From a virus: DNA of 64,000 nucleotides. The translations under genes and the position numbers were made by a program. Under the pieces are notes generated by a model, which searched no databases, was not told where the DNA came from, and saw only the letters and a list, made by a program, of their open reading frames with translations. Position 1 is the first letter of the stretch, and each line of letters starts with the position of its first letter. Below, piece by piece: positions 10,730 to 21,307 of this stretch. Location of the stretch: the IMG/VR virus record IMGVR_UViG_3300008111_000003; one strand, given 5' to 3'.

Positions 10730-13700
10730 TCAATCTGGTCTTAATTCAATCATTTGTTGTAATACCGCTTCACTCTCAGCAGCCAATCTACTTTGAGCAT
10801 CTGCTAAACGAGTAGCCGCAGCTGCTGCTTCTGCTGAACCTTTTGGTGCTGATTCTAGTTGTTTTTGTGCCTCAGTTATGGTTTGACCAATTTTCATTGC
10901 CGATTCTCTTCTAGCAACTAGTCCAGTTTGTGCTTCTGAAACTTTACCCTTGAAGAAAGTTTGATTTTCATATGTCTTTTTACCTAATTTTTGAGCTAAA
11001 TCTAGTTTAATAGCAGATTCGGAGGTTCCAGTCTGTTGAGCTTTATATTTGAAAAATTCTTCGTCCGCATACGATTGTTGAGCAGCTTTGCTGTTGGTGA
11101 AGTCGAATTCATCTGGTGGGCCGCCACCGCCGCCCCCACCACTCTTAAATAAAGACTTTTCTCCTGTTTGGAGAGTTGATTGAACATATTCTGAGGCTAC
11201 TGATTTTTGTGTTCTAGCTTGTTTAATCAAATTAGTTTTATCTTTTTGAGCTTGATTTAAAGACTCTTCTGTTTGTAGAGACTGTAGTATAATGCTTTCT
11301 TGCTGTTGTACTAATTCCTTTTGTCTTTTATGTGCTTCTCTCAATTCTCCTGATACTTTTTGACCAGCAGAATTTTGTGCTTGTAGTTGTTTAATCGAAT
11401 TTGTCTCTTTGAGTATTTCAGCACTTAGTCTGCTTGTTTCAGCTTTTAATCCAATAAGCGTGGAGGTTATTTCTTTTATAACTTGTGACATTTTTTTGAT
11501 ATTATTCTGTAAATCTGGATCACCAGATGTGGCAGATATAGACGCAACATTGGCAGCAACACTTTTACGAGTAACAGACGCAGCCTTCTGTTGTGGAGCC
11601 ATAGATTTTTTTACATCAATGAAAGGATCTATATCAGATGCTTCTAGTCCTCCAACAGTATGAGTTCCTAACTCATGTAAATGATCGGCTAATAAAGCCA
11701 TGCCTTTTTTAGAATCAGTTGTTGAAGTTATGATAGCTCTTACTTCGGGGCTTGCTTTGGCAAAAAATTCTGCAAATAGTTCTTTACCAGTACTCAAATA
11801 TCCTGCAATATCCGAAGAACTTTTACCCGCTGCTTTCCATTCATCTTCCATATCTTTTCTAATTTTATCAACCAAGGCAAACTGAAATGTTCCTTCCATT
11901 TCACTTGCAAATGCTTCACCTCCACCAAGCGCAACATCAGCAAGATGTCCAGTTTCGTGAGCAACTGTTTCTGTTGTTGCTCCTCCTTTTTCACCAGTAA
12001 TTTGCAAACCAATAGCAGAGGCTTTAACGTTTTGGATAGCCTGACCTCTGGTAGTTTTTTCAAATGCTTTATTAGACCTAACATCGGGTGCAGATAGGGT
12101 TTCTCCAGCTTTTATGTCTTTTATACCTTTGAATTTACTACGAATAATATTTGCTATATTTTCAGACATATCGCCAAGAACATTTTCTAAAACAGCTTCA
12201 GCTTCTTGTACGCTTTCTAAAACTTTACCTTGTCCTCTTACTATATCTTTTTTTGCTTGTCCGCCAACTTTAAATCCCCTTATTGCACTAATTATACCAC
12301 CACTATTATATTTAGAATTCAAAGCATCAACAGCTTTTTTTCTAATAACATAACCACCAACCGGTAAATCAATTGGTCCAATACTATCGCTAGTTCCACT
12401 ACCTGGACCTTTGAATATTCCTCCCCCAACAGCAAAACCATTCATTCCGTTACGATCAGCCTGATTTATCTTATTAAGTTTAGAGTATCCAATTTTCTTG
12501 GCTTGAGACGGAGGAATAAATGCCTCTCCATTACTAACCATAGCTGGTATAGTACCACCAGATGCAAAACTAGATAAAGGACCGCCAGCAGCCATTCTAA
12601 CTCCAGATAATCTAGCAGCAATACCCTCTATAGCATGACCTACATTATCTGAGTTGAGAGTTCTTTTAGCCTGTGTGAATACGCCCGATGGAACACCAAA
12701 TAAAGCAGCAAGATCTGGTGGTAATCCTCCTTCAAAATCTACTGCTCTATTTCTTTCATTGTATTCTCCTCCGGCAGCCCCTAATAGTGCTAATATAGCT
12801 TCTAATTGATATCCTTCGGCATTGGATCTACCGAGTCTATTAAGATCCTGATCTGTTAAATTAACCAAAAGTCTGTCCGGTAATAGTTCGCTAGCTGCTT
12901 CTTGTAAATTAGCAAAATCTTTTGTTCTAAGTTTAGCTAATACTTCTTCGGATTTAGCTCCACTTAAAGAGCCTATAGATACACTAAAAGGAACACCCCC
13001 TACCTTTTTATAAACTTGTCTAGAAGCAGCCTTATAGTCAGAAGCTATGCCAACAACAGCTATAGATCGAGCAAGTCTTTTTTCTTCTTCTGTTAGATTA
13101 AATGGGTCTGCCTCGTCTACTTCTTGTCGTCCAGATAAATATTCTTTTATGATATTTTCTCTCAACGATGCTAATGTTTTGATTGTTGTTTCATTATTTC
13201 CAACAGCTTTACCAACTATAGTACCAGCTCTTAATTGAGTTGGTGTTAAAGCTTTTGATAAACTAATTGTTCTACCGCCTATTACTAAGCTACCACTATC
13301 AATTGCTAAATCTAATTCTCTAGCCCTTTTTGTAAGAATTTGAGACCATGTTTCTCCTTGTGAAGATGTTCTGCCTTTGGGGAATGGCCCTCCAACTAAT
13401 TGTTGAGGGGTTAGTGATCCACCTCCGGCGAATCCTTGAACTAGACCACCTTTTAATATTTGATTAATTGTCTCTGCAAAATGTGTGGCGTGGGCGGGTT
13501 TAGCTGCTGTTCCACCATTAATAAAATCATCAAAGTATTTTAGTGCGGTTTGAGCTTTTCCAGCTTTTTGAGTTTCGTTTTCTTTCTTCAACGATTCAAT
13601 ATATGCTGGAATAGCCGCTTTTATCTTCTCTGCTGCTGCTGGTGGTATAACTCCAGCCAAACTAGTTTGACCTCCGCTTTTTCTAAATTCGGACAGAGGA

Positions 13701-16700
13701 TCTTTTATGGATGCTAATAGTGTGGAAGATGCTGAAGCAACTGGAGCCTCCTCTGATTTAAGTCTAGGAGTACCAGATAATCCTAAAGCATAGTCACCTG
13801 TTACCATCTTTAAGAAAGGAGATATAGCATCTTGTTTAGCTTTTGGCAAAGCGCTACCGGGTGCCATAATCCCTTGCATAGACGCTGTTAATAGGTCTCT
13901 ACTAGTTCTAAAGAATTTTTCTCTTCTTTGTTGTTGTTCTGATTTTTTAGATTTTGCAACTTTTTCAGAGCCAAACGCAGCAATTTTTTCTCTATAAAAT
14001 CCTCTTCTACCATCCGGGAGGGTTACTAAGTCTTGTTCAAGTTCTGACGTTATTCTTGATTCTGGTACTTCCACAAATTCTTTGCCAAGAGATATACCGC
14101 TGCCACCGGTGGTCATAATATGATACATTTGTCTGTTAGCATAATCAATCAGTTCATCGGTAGAAAGAGACTCAAGTTGACTTGAAGTTAGATGTTCAAA
14201 TTTTCCTCGTGCTCCTTTTTTAACCTTTTTGCCTCGTCCTTTACCGCTGGGAACATTAATGCCTCCGGGAGATCCGGCCATAAATTTTTGAATTATTTCA
14301 CCACTATATAGTTGCTCAATACCAAGTTGTCTTTGTTTTTGTCCTTCTTTCTTAGAAATATTGTCTAAATTTGTAACATCTTGAAATACATAAACTTTAC
14401 CAAAATTTACTTTATCATTATTATTAGTTAGTATACTAGATTTTAAATATTCGGATGCTTTTTTTTCAGCTGGGCTTTGTGAAAGCAATGATCCAGAAAC
14501 AACTTTTCTAGAAAGAATACTATCAGAAAGTCTTGAAGACGTACTTCTAATCTCTGCTAAATTTCCATGATATAATCCATCTAGTCTAGAGAACTGATCT
14601 GATGATGATGATGATTCAAAATCAGCATTAAATTGTTTATTTACTATATTCTCAAAAGCTAACCCTCTATCCATCGGTTTATTTTCTGCTACTGTTTTTT
14701 GATATTTTCTATATACCGGATCTTTTTTATTTGGATATTGAGAGACATCAATATCTTTATTTTCTCTTTGAAAATTAAATTTATCTCCAGAACTAAACTT
14801 CATAAATCCCGATTTAAAGTTCACTCCCTCTTTTTTATCAAAAGTATATGTTTGTTTTTTGGGAATAATATTACTTTGAACTATATTATCATTAATATCA
14901 ATAATACCACCACTAGCATAACTATTCATTCTTAATAAGTTATTAGCGCCGTATTTTTTAACAGCTTTCCTATTCATTACTATCTCACCACCCTCTAAGA
15001 ATGCTGGCACAGTATCTCCACCACCATTACCTGGAACCATACCACCCTTATTAAATCCTAATATTTTTCCACCATCTTTAAGTTTGCTTGGTCCCTTAAT
15101 ATTTATGGCGCTGGTTAATGAATTAACAGCAGTAGTAAGAGTTTTCAAAGCATTTGTATTTTCGGTGATAGCAGTTGTGGCTTTGGCTCTAACATCATTG
15201 GCTTCTTTTTCTTTGGCGCCACTTAGTGTTGATCCTATATTAGATCCAACCTCTTTAGCGCCGCCACCCTTTCTAATCCCTCCAAAAAATCCACTAGCAA
15301 ACTGACCAATGGCACTAACACCCTTTATGGCTGTAAATACTGCTAATATCGGTAGAATAGGTTTAAAAGCGCTAGCTAAACTTAAAAAACTACTAGTCAA
15401 ACCTATAACAATCTTAAATAAACTTTGAAAAACTGTACTCTGTCCTATATCTCTTATAAGGGCTAAAAATTGTTCTCTTACTTTGGCTAATTGATTAGCT
15501 AGACTTTGTTGAGCTTTTATTTGAGCATCAGTTAAGCTACCAGATCCTTTTTGAGCTATTGCTAATGCTTGTTGTGCTGTAGCAAATTGTTGAATAAGAG
15601 GGATAACTTTACCAATCTGTCTAAATCCGCCGAGTTCCTCGACTATAGCACTAAATCTAACATCTCTAGGATCCAACTGACTTAATCCCTCACTAAGTCT
15701 TTTAACCGCTTCATAAGGACCAACGAATTTACCTTCTAAATCTTGTAAATTAATACCAAAATTTTTCAATAAATTTATTGTACTGCTTCTTTGTATTCTT
15801 GTAAAAATTGTTCTAAGACCAGTAGCAATAGTCTCAGCGCTTTCACGAGTTGTGGCACGAACACTTGTAAATACGGCAATAAATTCATTGAGCGCATCTT
15901 TGCCTTGAGTCACACCTTTACTAGCAGCAGCAAATACGCCACCGGTACGTTGTATAGCTGTAATTATATCAGCAGATTCAACAGCGAATGCGGCGGCCAC
16001 AGCATTAATACTACCCAAAACTGGTTCGAGATCTTCTGCTTGTAATTGAAACTGTCTCAAAGCAGCAATAGCGCCTTCTGTTGTTTCGGCTAAACTATCA
16101 AATGATGGTGCTAGTTCAGTTTTAGCCAAAGCAGCAAGTGCTATTCGTGTTTCTTTTGCTGATAAACCAGCTTGTGCTAATGTACTAGCTACTGATATCA
16201 AGCTTTCACTACTAACACCAAGAGATGTTGCTAGTCTAGTTATTTCATTTTCTAAAGACTTGATACCTATTGAACCTTGACCAGTAACCTGTTGTAGTTT
16301 TACTAATTCTTTATCGAATGAAACGAAAGCTTTAAAACCAGAAGTAATAGCATTAGTTAATGCAAAAATTCCTGTTGTAACAAAAGAAAATGCAGCAAAT
16401 CTTTTAACTGCTAATGCAGACTGTTTGCCAAATTCTTCAATAGCGGTTGATGCTACTTGTATATTTTTTGCAACTTGACTGGTAGTGGTAACAGCACCCT
16501 TATCAATAGATATAGATTTATTACCTTTATTCATAGAAGATAATGACGATGATAAAGCAGCAAAAGACGCATTCAAAGAATCTGCATTTCCTTTGGCGGA
16601 AATAAGGATGTCATTCATTGCTCTGAGTCTGTTAGTAACTACTGATATAGATCTTTCAGATCGATTATCTAGTTTAACCTGCACATTACTCTGTATGGAA

Positions 16701-16792
16701 CCAATCTCTCTTTTAATCTCTGCAACTATTGGCTTGAGATTACCGGGGCCTCTAAGATTGATTTGTGCTGTTAGATTAAAACCTTTAGCCAT
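10730..16792 (-). CDS. Tape measure protein, N-terminal part with cargo domains
   Basis: 2020 aa; TP901-type core (FDKELVKLQQVTG...LAQAG...IATGLRTIFTRI); GxGxSD/GEx(V/F) motifs; HETGH zincin motif. Confidence 0.9.
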   Translation of the reverse strand: MAKGFNLTAQINLRGPGNLKPIVAEIKREIGSIQSNVQVKLDNRSERSISVVTNRLRAMNDILISAKGNADSLNASFAALSSSLSSMNKGNKSISIDKGAVTTTSQVAKNIQVASTAIEEFGKQSALAVKRFAAFSFVTTGIFALTNAITSGFKAFVSFDKELVKLQQVTGQGSIGIKSLENEITRLATSLGVSSESLISVASTLAQAGLSAKETRIALAALAKTELAPSFDSLAETTEGAIAALRQFQLQAEDLEPVLGSINAVAAAFAVESADIITAIQRTGGVFAAASKGVTQGKDALNEFIAVFTSVRATTRESAETIATGLRTIFTRIQRSSTINLLKNFGINLQDLEGKFVGPYEAVKRLSEGLSQLDPRDVRFSAIVEELGGFRQIGKVIPLIQQFATAQQALAIAQKGSGSLTDAQIKAQQSLANQLAKVREQFLALIRDIGQSTVFQSLFKIVIGLTSSFLSLASAFKPILPILAVFTAIKGVSAIGQFASGFFGGIRKGGGAKEVGSNIGSTLSGAKEKEANDVRAKATTAITENTNALKTLTTAVNSLTSAINIKGPSKLKDGGKILGFNKGGMVPGNGGGDTVPAFLEGGEIVMNRKAVKKYGANNLLRMNSYASGGIIDINDNIVQSNIIPKKQTYTFDKKEGVNFKSGFMKFSSGDKFNFQRENKDIDVSQYPNKKDPVYRKYQKTVAENKPMDRGLAFENIVNKQFNADFESSSSSDQFSRLDGLYHGNLAEIRSTSSRLSDSILSRKVVSGSLLSQSPAEKKASEYLKSSILTNNNDKVNFGKVYVFQDVTNLDNISKKEGQKQRQLGIEQLYSGEIIQKFMAGSPGGINVPSGKGRGKKVKKGARGKFEHLTSSQLESLSTDELIDYANRQMYHIMTTGGSGISLGKEFVEVPESRITSELEQDLVTLPDGRRGFYREKIAAFGSEKVAKSKKSEQQQRREKFFRTSRDLLTASMQGIMAPGSALPKAKQDAISPFLKMVTGDYALGLSGTPRLKSEEAPVASASSTLLASIKDPLSEFRKSGGQTSLAGVIPPAAAEKIKAAIPAYIESLKKENETQKAGKAQTALKYFDDFINGGTAAKPAHATHFAETINQILKGGLVQGFAGGGSLTPQQLVGGPFPKGRTSSQGETWSQILTKRARELDLAIDSGSLVIGGRTISLSKALTPTQLRAGTIVGKAVGNNETTIKTLASLRENIIKEYLSGRQEVDEADPFNLTEEEKRLARSIAVVGIASDYKAASRQVYKKVGGVPFSVSIGSLSGAKSEEVLAKLRTKDFANLQEAASELLPDRLLVNLTDQDLNRLGRSNAEGYQLEAILALLGAAGGEYNERNRAVDFEGGLPPDLAALFGVPSGVFTQAKRTLNSDNVGHAIEGIAARLSGVRMAAGGPLSSFASGGTIPAMVSNGEAFIPPSQAKKIGYSKLNKINQADRNGMNGFAVGGGIFKGPGSGTSDSIGPIDLPVGGYVIRKKAVDALNSKYNSGGIISAIRGFKVGGQAKKDIVRGQGKVLESVQEAEAVLENVLGDMSENIANIIRSKFKGIKDIKAGETLSAPDVRSNKAFEKTTRGQAIQNVKASAIGLQITGEKGGATTETVAHETGHLADVALGGGEAFASEMEGTFQFALVDKIRKDMEDEWKAAGKSSSDIAGYLSTGKELFAEFFAKASPEVRAIITSTTDSKKGMALLADHLHELGTHTVGGLEASDIDPFIDVKKSMAPQQKAASVTRKSVAANVASISATSGDPDLQNNIKKMSQVIKEITSTLIGLKAETSRLSAEILKETNSIKQLQAQNSAGQKVSGELREAHKRQKELVQQQESIILQSLQTEESLNQAQKDKTNLIKQARTQKSVASEYVQSTLQTGEKSLFKSGGGGGGGPPDEFDFTNSKAAQQSYADEEFFKYKAQQTGTSESAIKLDLAQKLGKKTYENQTFFKGKVSEAQTGLVARRESAMKIGQTITEAQKQLESAPKGSAEAAAAATRLADAQSRLAAESEAVLQQMIELRPD

Positions 16793-16812
16793 AATACTTT
16801 ATGTCTCCGTTA

Positions 16813-16853
16813 AATAAAAATCCCCACAATACCATAAAGATATTGAGGGGATA
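16813..16853 (-). terminator. Intrinsic terminator between chaperone and TMP genes
   Basis: Minus strand ATCCCCCTCAATATC-loop-GGTATTGTGGGGAT followed by TTTTTATTT. Confidence 0.5.
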
Positions 16854-16879
16854 ATTTATCAGATATTAATTGATGATTA

Positions 16880-17767
16880 TTATTCTTTAGATTCGCTATT
16901 AGAAGGTTCCGTAACTTCTTCGGTTTCATTTTTAACATCTGTGACTACTTCCTTATCCTTTGGTTTTTCATTTTCAATAACAATTGGTTTACCACTATCG
17001 TCTAAAAATGGACTAAATTCAACGATATAATCACCGTCTTGATCGACCAAATTACCATCTTTATCGATGAGCTGACCTTGTTCATTGATAAATCTACCAT
17101 TCTCATTAATTAATCTTCCTTTTTCATCAACTAGTTTACCGTCTTTATTGATTAGTCTTAATTTACTGTCAATAAACTTATATTGTTTTAAGAACTTATT
17201 TTCTGGTAGTTTTTCTTCATAATTATCATCCAAACCATAAAGCATATTTGCTAAATTTTGAGCTGCCAATATAGCCACTGAGTCTGTTGATCTATTGTTA
17301 TAGTCCTCATAACTCTTAAAATATGGCTCTTTAGTATCATTATACACCGTACAGGCTGAAACTAAGTAGTTAAATCTAGCATTATCGGCCTGGCCTTCGG
17401 CAGTATGGGTATCAAGATTAGTTTTGACACTAATCAATTCTCTAAGTTCTTCTCGTGTTTTTTTCATACTAAGAGCTATATCTCTGGCACTATTTAGTGA
17501 TATGCCGCCCTTAGCCAATTTACGTTCACCATCTAATATTTCTGATTGAAGTTCTGTAAATTTAGCCTGTTTAACTCCATCCCACAATCCTTGTTCAATC
17601 AATAAATCATCTAATTTAGCTCTTACTACAGCTTTGGATTTTAAAGCTTCACTAAAACTTTGATTATAAACTTTAGTAGCTTCTTTTTGATCCTGTAATG
17701 ATGGAGATCTTACTAAGATTTCTCTTTCTTTTCCGTCAATTGTTATCTTAAATGTTTTAGTTTTCAT
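16880..17767 (-). CDS. Putative tail assembly chaperone
   Basis: 295 aa directly upstream of TMP; internal 7-aa repeats (LINKDGK LVDEKGR LINENGR FINEQGQ LIDKDGN). Confidence 0.5.
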   Translation of the reverse strand: MKTKTFKITIDGKEREILVRSPSLQDQKEATKVYNQSFSEALKSKAVVRAKLDDLLIEQGLWDGVKQAKFTELQSEILDGERKLAKGGISLNSARDIALSMKKTREELRELISVKTNLDTHTAEGQADNARFNYLVSACTVYNDTKEPYFKSYEDYNNRSTDSVAILAAQNLANMLYGLDDNYEEKLPENKFLKQYKFIDSKLRLINKDGKLVDEKGRLINENGRFINEQGQLIDKDGNLVDQDGDYIVEFSPFLDDSGKPIVIENEKPKDKEVVTDVKNETEEVTEPSNSESKE

Positions 17768-18057
17768 AGTTCGTCCTCTTTTCTATAAGTATTAAATCTA
17801 TATTTATATGTAATCTTACCGTGATTTTTAGCAAGATCGGCTAGCGTTTTTCTTAGTTGATTATTGCCATTATTTAGGATCTGATTTCTAACCATATCCC
17901 ACCTATCTAAAAAATCTAACTCTTTTTCAGTTAGATCTTTTTCGTCTTTATCGTGACCCCATAGGTATCCAAAAGATTTTTCAAATTCATAAAGTGCTCC
18001 TATCATAGTTGTCTGAAATCTTTTAGTCAATAGATTTTTTGTATATAAATCATCCAT
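17764..18057 (-). CDS. Hypothetical protein (tail module)
   Basis: 97 aa; stop overlaps the start of the next gene. Confidence 0.6.
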   Translation of the reverse strand: MDDLYTKNLLTKRFQTTMIGALYEFEKSFGYLWGHDKDEKDLTEKELDFLDRWDMVRNQILNNGNNQLRKTLADLAKNHGKITYKYRFNTYRKEDEL

Positions 18058-18060
18058 AAA

Positions 18061-19107
18061 TTATTTCCTATTTTTAAATTGTTCGTTTGATAATACTGTT
18101 AAATCTCTTTGAGTATCCGGTAATTGAGTTACGTCTATTGTTCCTTCTGATTGTTTAATTACAGATTCTCTTTCTCTTATTATATGTCTGGATGAATTTT
18201 CATTCAAGTCATAAATACTATTAGCCTCTTCTTGTGAATTTGCCATTATAAAGACCTCTCCAGCTTTATTTAATTTTTTCCCCTCTAATAGTTTTTCTGT
18301 TCTATTCTTATTTCTGGTCTTTTCGTTTTCACGTTTTTGTACTACCATCCATCCATCAAACATATCGTCATCTTCTATAACAGAATCCGGAGGGCATTCT
18401 GGATGTTGATATGCGCTATCATACATTTTTGTTAGTACAACTAACGTTTTTTGTTCGTCTGTCCAGTTAACAACAGATTTATCAAATAAACTATCATTAT
18501 TAGCACTCCAATAATTACGCCAAATATCACTTCTAGCTATTTGTCTAAAAATTGAGATATCAATAGTATGTTCAGATATACTATTAGAAAGATAATTTAA
18601 TAAATTAGGATCTGTATCTTCTATACTCTTAAAAATTCTTTCATTGTTAATGTTATATAAACTATGAATTAGAATATATTGATTTTTAATATATTGACTA
18701 TATCCACTAGCTGTATATTGGTCCAATGAATGTCTAATACCATATTGTGTATTAAAAGCTCTTTTAGTATTAGCTAATGTGCGTCTTAGTGTTTTTAATT
18801 TGGTAGGATTTAAAAAATTCTTAAAAATATCTACTTTAAGATCATCTATTTGTTTTTCTAGATTTTTAAGATTATCATCTCCACCATAATTCCATACTCC
18901 CATACTAACTAAACTATCTATGATATTGTCTTCAGTAATCCAATCATTAAATTTATTATCCTCATATTCCTGTTCAGCATAAAGTTCCGCTTCATATTTT
19001 ATGTTTATATCAGGATATACTAGTTTATATTTAGTATTATTGTAAACAAATAAATAAAATCCAGATAGTATTCTGGATAGATATATTTGAAGCGTTCTTT
19101 GATCCAT
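18061..19107 (-). CDS. Hypothetical protein, possible tail assembly factor
   Basis: 348 aa between tail tube and TMP. Confidence 0.5.
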   Translation of the reverse strand: MDQRTLQIYLSRILSGFYLFVYNNTKYKLVYPDINIKYEAELYAEQEYEDNKFNDWITEDNIIDSLVSMGVWNYGGDDNLKNLEKQIDDLKVDIFKNFLNPTKLKTLRRTLANTKRAFNTQYGIRHSLDQYTASGYSQYIKNQYILIHSLYNINNERIFKSIEDTDPNLLNYLSNSISEHTIDISIFRQIARSDIWRNYWSANNDSLFDKSVVNWTDEQKTLVVLTKMYDSAYQHPECPPDSVIEDDDMFDGWMVVQKRENEKTRNKNRTEKLLEGKKLNKAGEVFIMANSQEEANSIYDLNENSSRHIIRERESVIKQSEGTIDVTQLPDTQRDLTVLSNEQFKNRK

Positions 19108-19164
19108 AGTCCCCGATAATATCCATCGTCTTTTGTCTCAATCGAAACCAATCTAGTACTATTA

Positions 19165-20265
19165 CTAGACTGGTGTGTAGGTACTATTAGCAAGTTGGCT
19201 ATAGAAATTACCACCACTATGAGCAACTACGAAATCGTTAAATGTACTATAACTATATGTTACACTAACATTACCACCGCCAGTATCGCCACCAGTATAG
19301 TTAACACTAGTAAGTTTATTCTTGGTACCAAGATAAATTCTTGTACCTTCGCAGGTTTCTAGGAAGATAGTTTGATCTAGTAGATTGTGTCTACCAGAGC
19401 ATTGTGGAAGACTTGGACTTGCTACAGTAGTACCAGTTAAGCCAGCGTAATAGCCGCTTTCTGTAGCATTAATACCATCGCCACTAACTGCAACAACCTC
19501 AAATTCGCAAGTTACTTCTACGGGAAATGTTACGAATCTGTGATATGGAGCAAAAGTACCGAGTTCTTGGATAGCATCACGGCCAAAATCACAACTTACT
19601 GTGATATTTTGGAAATGTACCGCAAAACCACTACCATTACCAATAGCTTCATTTGTCCCACTACTACTAATGCCAGGAATTTGTGTTGGAAAACGACAAT
19701 TAGCCATGCTTAAGAATTGTCTACGAGCAACACCTTGAGCAGCGATTGGGGCATCGGTATTATTGAAAGCTCCAGTAACAGTACCACCCCATACCTTATT
19801 ATTACCAACCAAGGTCACATCTTCTGTAAAATTACCATCAACCGGGAATGTGTAACTAACACTACTAACATACATACCAGAACATGTTACTGCACTAAAG
19901 GAATTACCACTAGCTGATGTATTGGTATCACTATAAATTGCTAGTCTCATGTCAGTACGAGCATTTTGACGGCCAGGAATTGTTGGATTAACAGCAGTTA
20001 AGCCTGTGCCTACACTTGTGCCTGTTTCTGTTGCTAGCACATATAGTAGTGGATAACCATCAAGCACCTTATTGAGAGTTACTTCAATATCTGGTACATT
20101 TTCAACGTTTTGATAAATGGCCAATTGACCCATTTCGAATACTTGTTCTAGATTAAAGTTTGTTGTTACTCCAACAGTTTGTAATCCATGAACTGCTGTC
20201 ATACTACTAGCAGCTGGGCCTAGTTGTACCTGTTGGATTGCATAATAAATACGATTATTGGCCAT
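19165..20265 (-). CDS. Major tail (tube) protein
   Basis: 366 aa; Thr/Ser/Gly-rich beta protein with an internal duplication (EQVFEMG / DAIQELG); GGAG RBS; canonical position. Confidence 0.75.
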   Translation of the reverse strand: MANNRIYYAIQQVQLGPAASSMTAVHGLQTVGVTTNFNLEQVFEMGQLAIYQNVENVPDIEVTLNKVLDGYPLLYVLATETGTSVGTGLTAVNPTIPGRQNARTDMRLAIYSDTNTSASGNSFSAVTCSGMYVSSVSYTFPVDGNFTEDVTLVGNNKVWGGTVTGAFNNTDAPIAAQGVARRQFLSMANCRFPTQIPGISSSGTNEAIGNGSGFAVHFQNITVSCDFGRDAIQELGTFAPYHRFVTFPVEVTCEFEVVAVSGDGINATESGYYAGLTGTTVASPSLPQCSGRHNLLDQTIFLETCEGTRIYLGTKNKLTSVNYTGGDTGGGNVSVTYSYSTFNDFVVAHSGGNFYSQLANSTYTPV

Positions 20266-20353
20266 AATTAATCTCCACTAAGAGTAGATTTGAAAGTTTA
20301 TTGTATTGTGCTTTGTTAGACCTATGATCTTATATACACAAAAAAAAGTAAAA

Positions 20354-21307
20354 TCAAGTTGAAATTATCTCCAAAGTGGCCCGAACCATGCCTTGATGTA
20401 AATTAGGAACAGGAGAATCTATTTCAAATAGGCTAATATTCTTAATAAAACATTTTCTCCAAGGGTAGGTTGATACTATATCTGGATACATTATCATATT
20501 ATTTTTGATATCTCCATTATAATCTAATGGATAATTATCATTTTGAGCTAATTCATTAGTATCAAACAGTTGTAATGTAGCGTCTTGTTGTAGTCTTAAT
20601 ATATCAAGTAGCTTATTACGATCATTTTTATTTTCGGCTAATATATAAAAAGCAATATCTTGTTCTAACCATAGTAAACTATTTCCTATTTCATAGGGTC
20701 GTGATCGTGATCGTGATAGAGGTTCAATAATTATGCAAGGCATTTGTATTCTATGATGGCCACCTATTGACCACTCACCATCGTCATTTAATTTAATGTC
20801 TGCATTAGATGTATTAAGAGAACTATATTGAAGAACATTAAACCAAGGACTTTCACTTGATCTATGAGTTTGCACAAACCTATAACTATAATTTAAATTG
20901 ACATTTGAAGCTATGTTTATCGGGGTATTAAATATAATTCTACCCAATGGATAATTAATACTAAAATTATCAGATTTATTTATAGTATTAGAGCCAACAA
21001 CAACACTAGAAATTGGTAGTGGACTAGAACTATTAAATGTAATGTCTGTTTCCCATACCCAGTCTTTTCGTATACCCTGCCAAACTCTACCATCTTGATA
21101 TGATGGATCATGTACGGGTAATAGTTTAGAGTGTTGATTTATACCATATAAGGTACTAGTATTAATACTAGCATCAAACCAGCCGCCTATATTTAAAAAC
21201 GCCCAATCGAGATACATCTTAAAATTTGCTTCTAGTATATTTAGAAGCAAGTCCTGAGAAATACTATTTACTCCCTTGAATACAATATTATGTTCGCAAT
21301 TAGTCAT
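20354..21307 (-). CDS. Tail terminator/completion protein
   Basis: 317 aa just upstream of the tail tube gene; P.IIIE...PYEIG motif; position-based. Confidence 0.5.
   Translation of the reverse strand: MTNCEHNIVFKGVNSISQDLLLNILEANFKMYLDWAFLNIGGWFDASINTSTLYGINQHSKLLPVHDPSYQDGRVWQGIRKDWVWETDITFNSSSPLPISSVVVGSNTINKSDNFSINYPLGRIIFNTPINIASNVNLNYSYRFVQTHRSSESPWFNVLQYSSLNTSNADIKLNDDGEWSIGGHHRIQMPCIIIEPLSRSRSRPYEIGNSLLWLEQDIAFYILAENKNDRNKLLDILRLQQDATLQLFDTNELAQNDNYPLDYNGDIKNNMIMYPDIVSTYPWRKCFIKNISLFEIDSPVPNLHQGMVRATLEIIST

Noticed and set aside
10680-10732. Selenocysteine insertion at the TMP TGA
   Set aside because: No SECIS-like hairpin evident downstream, no tRNA-Sec with UCA, and a non-catalytic context.
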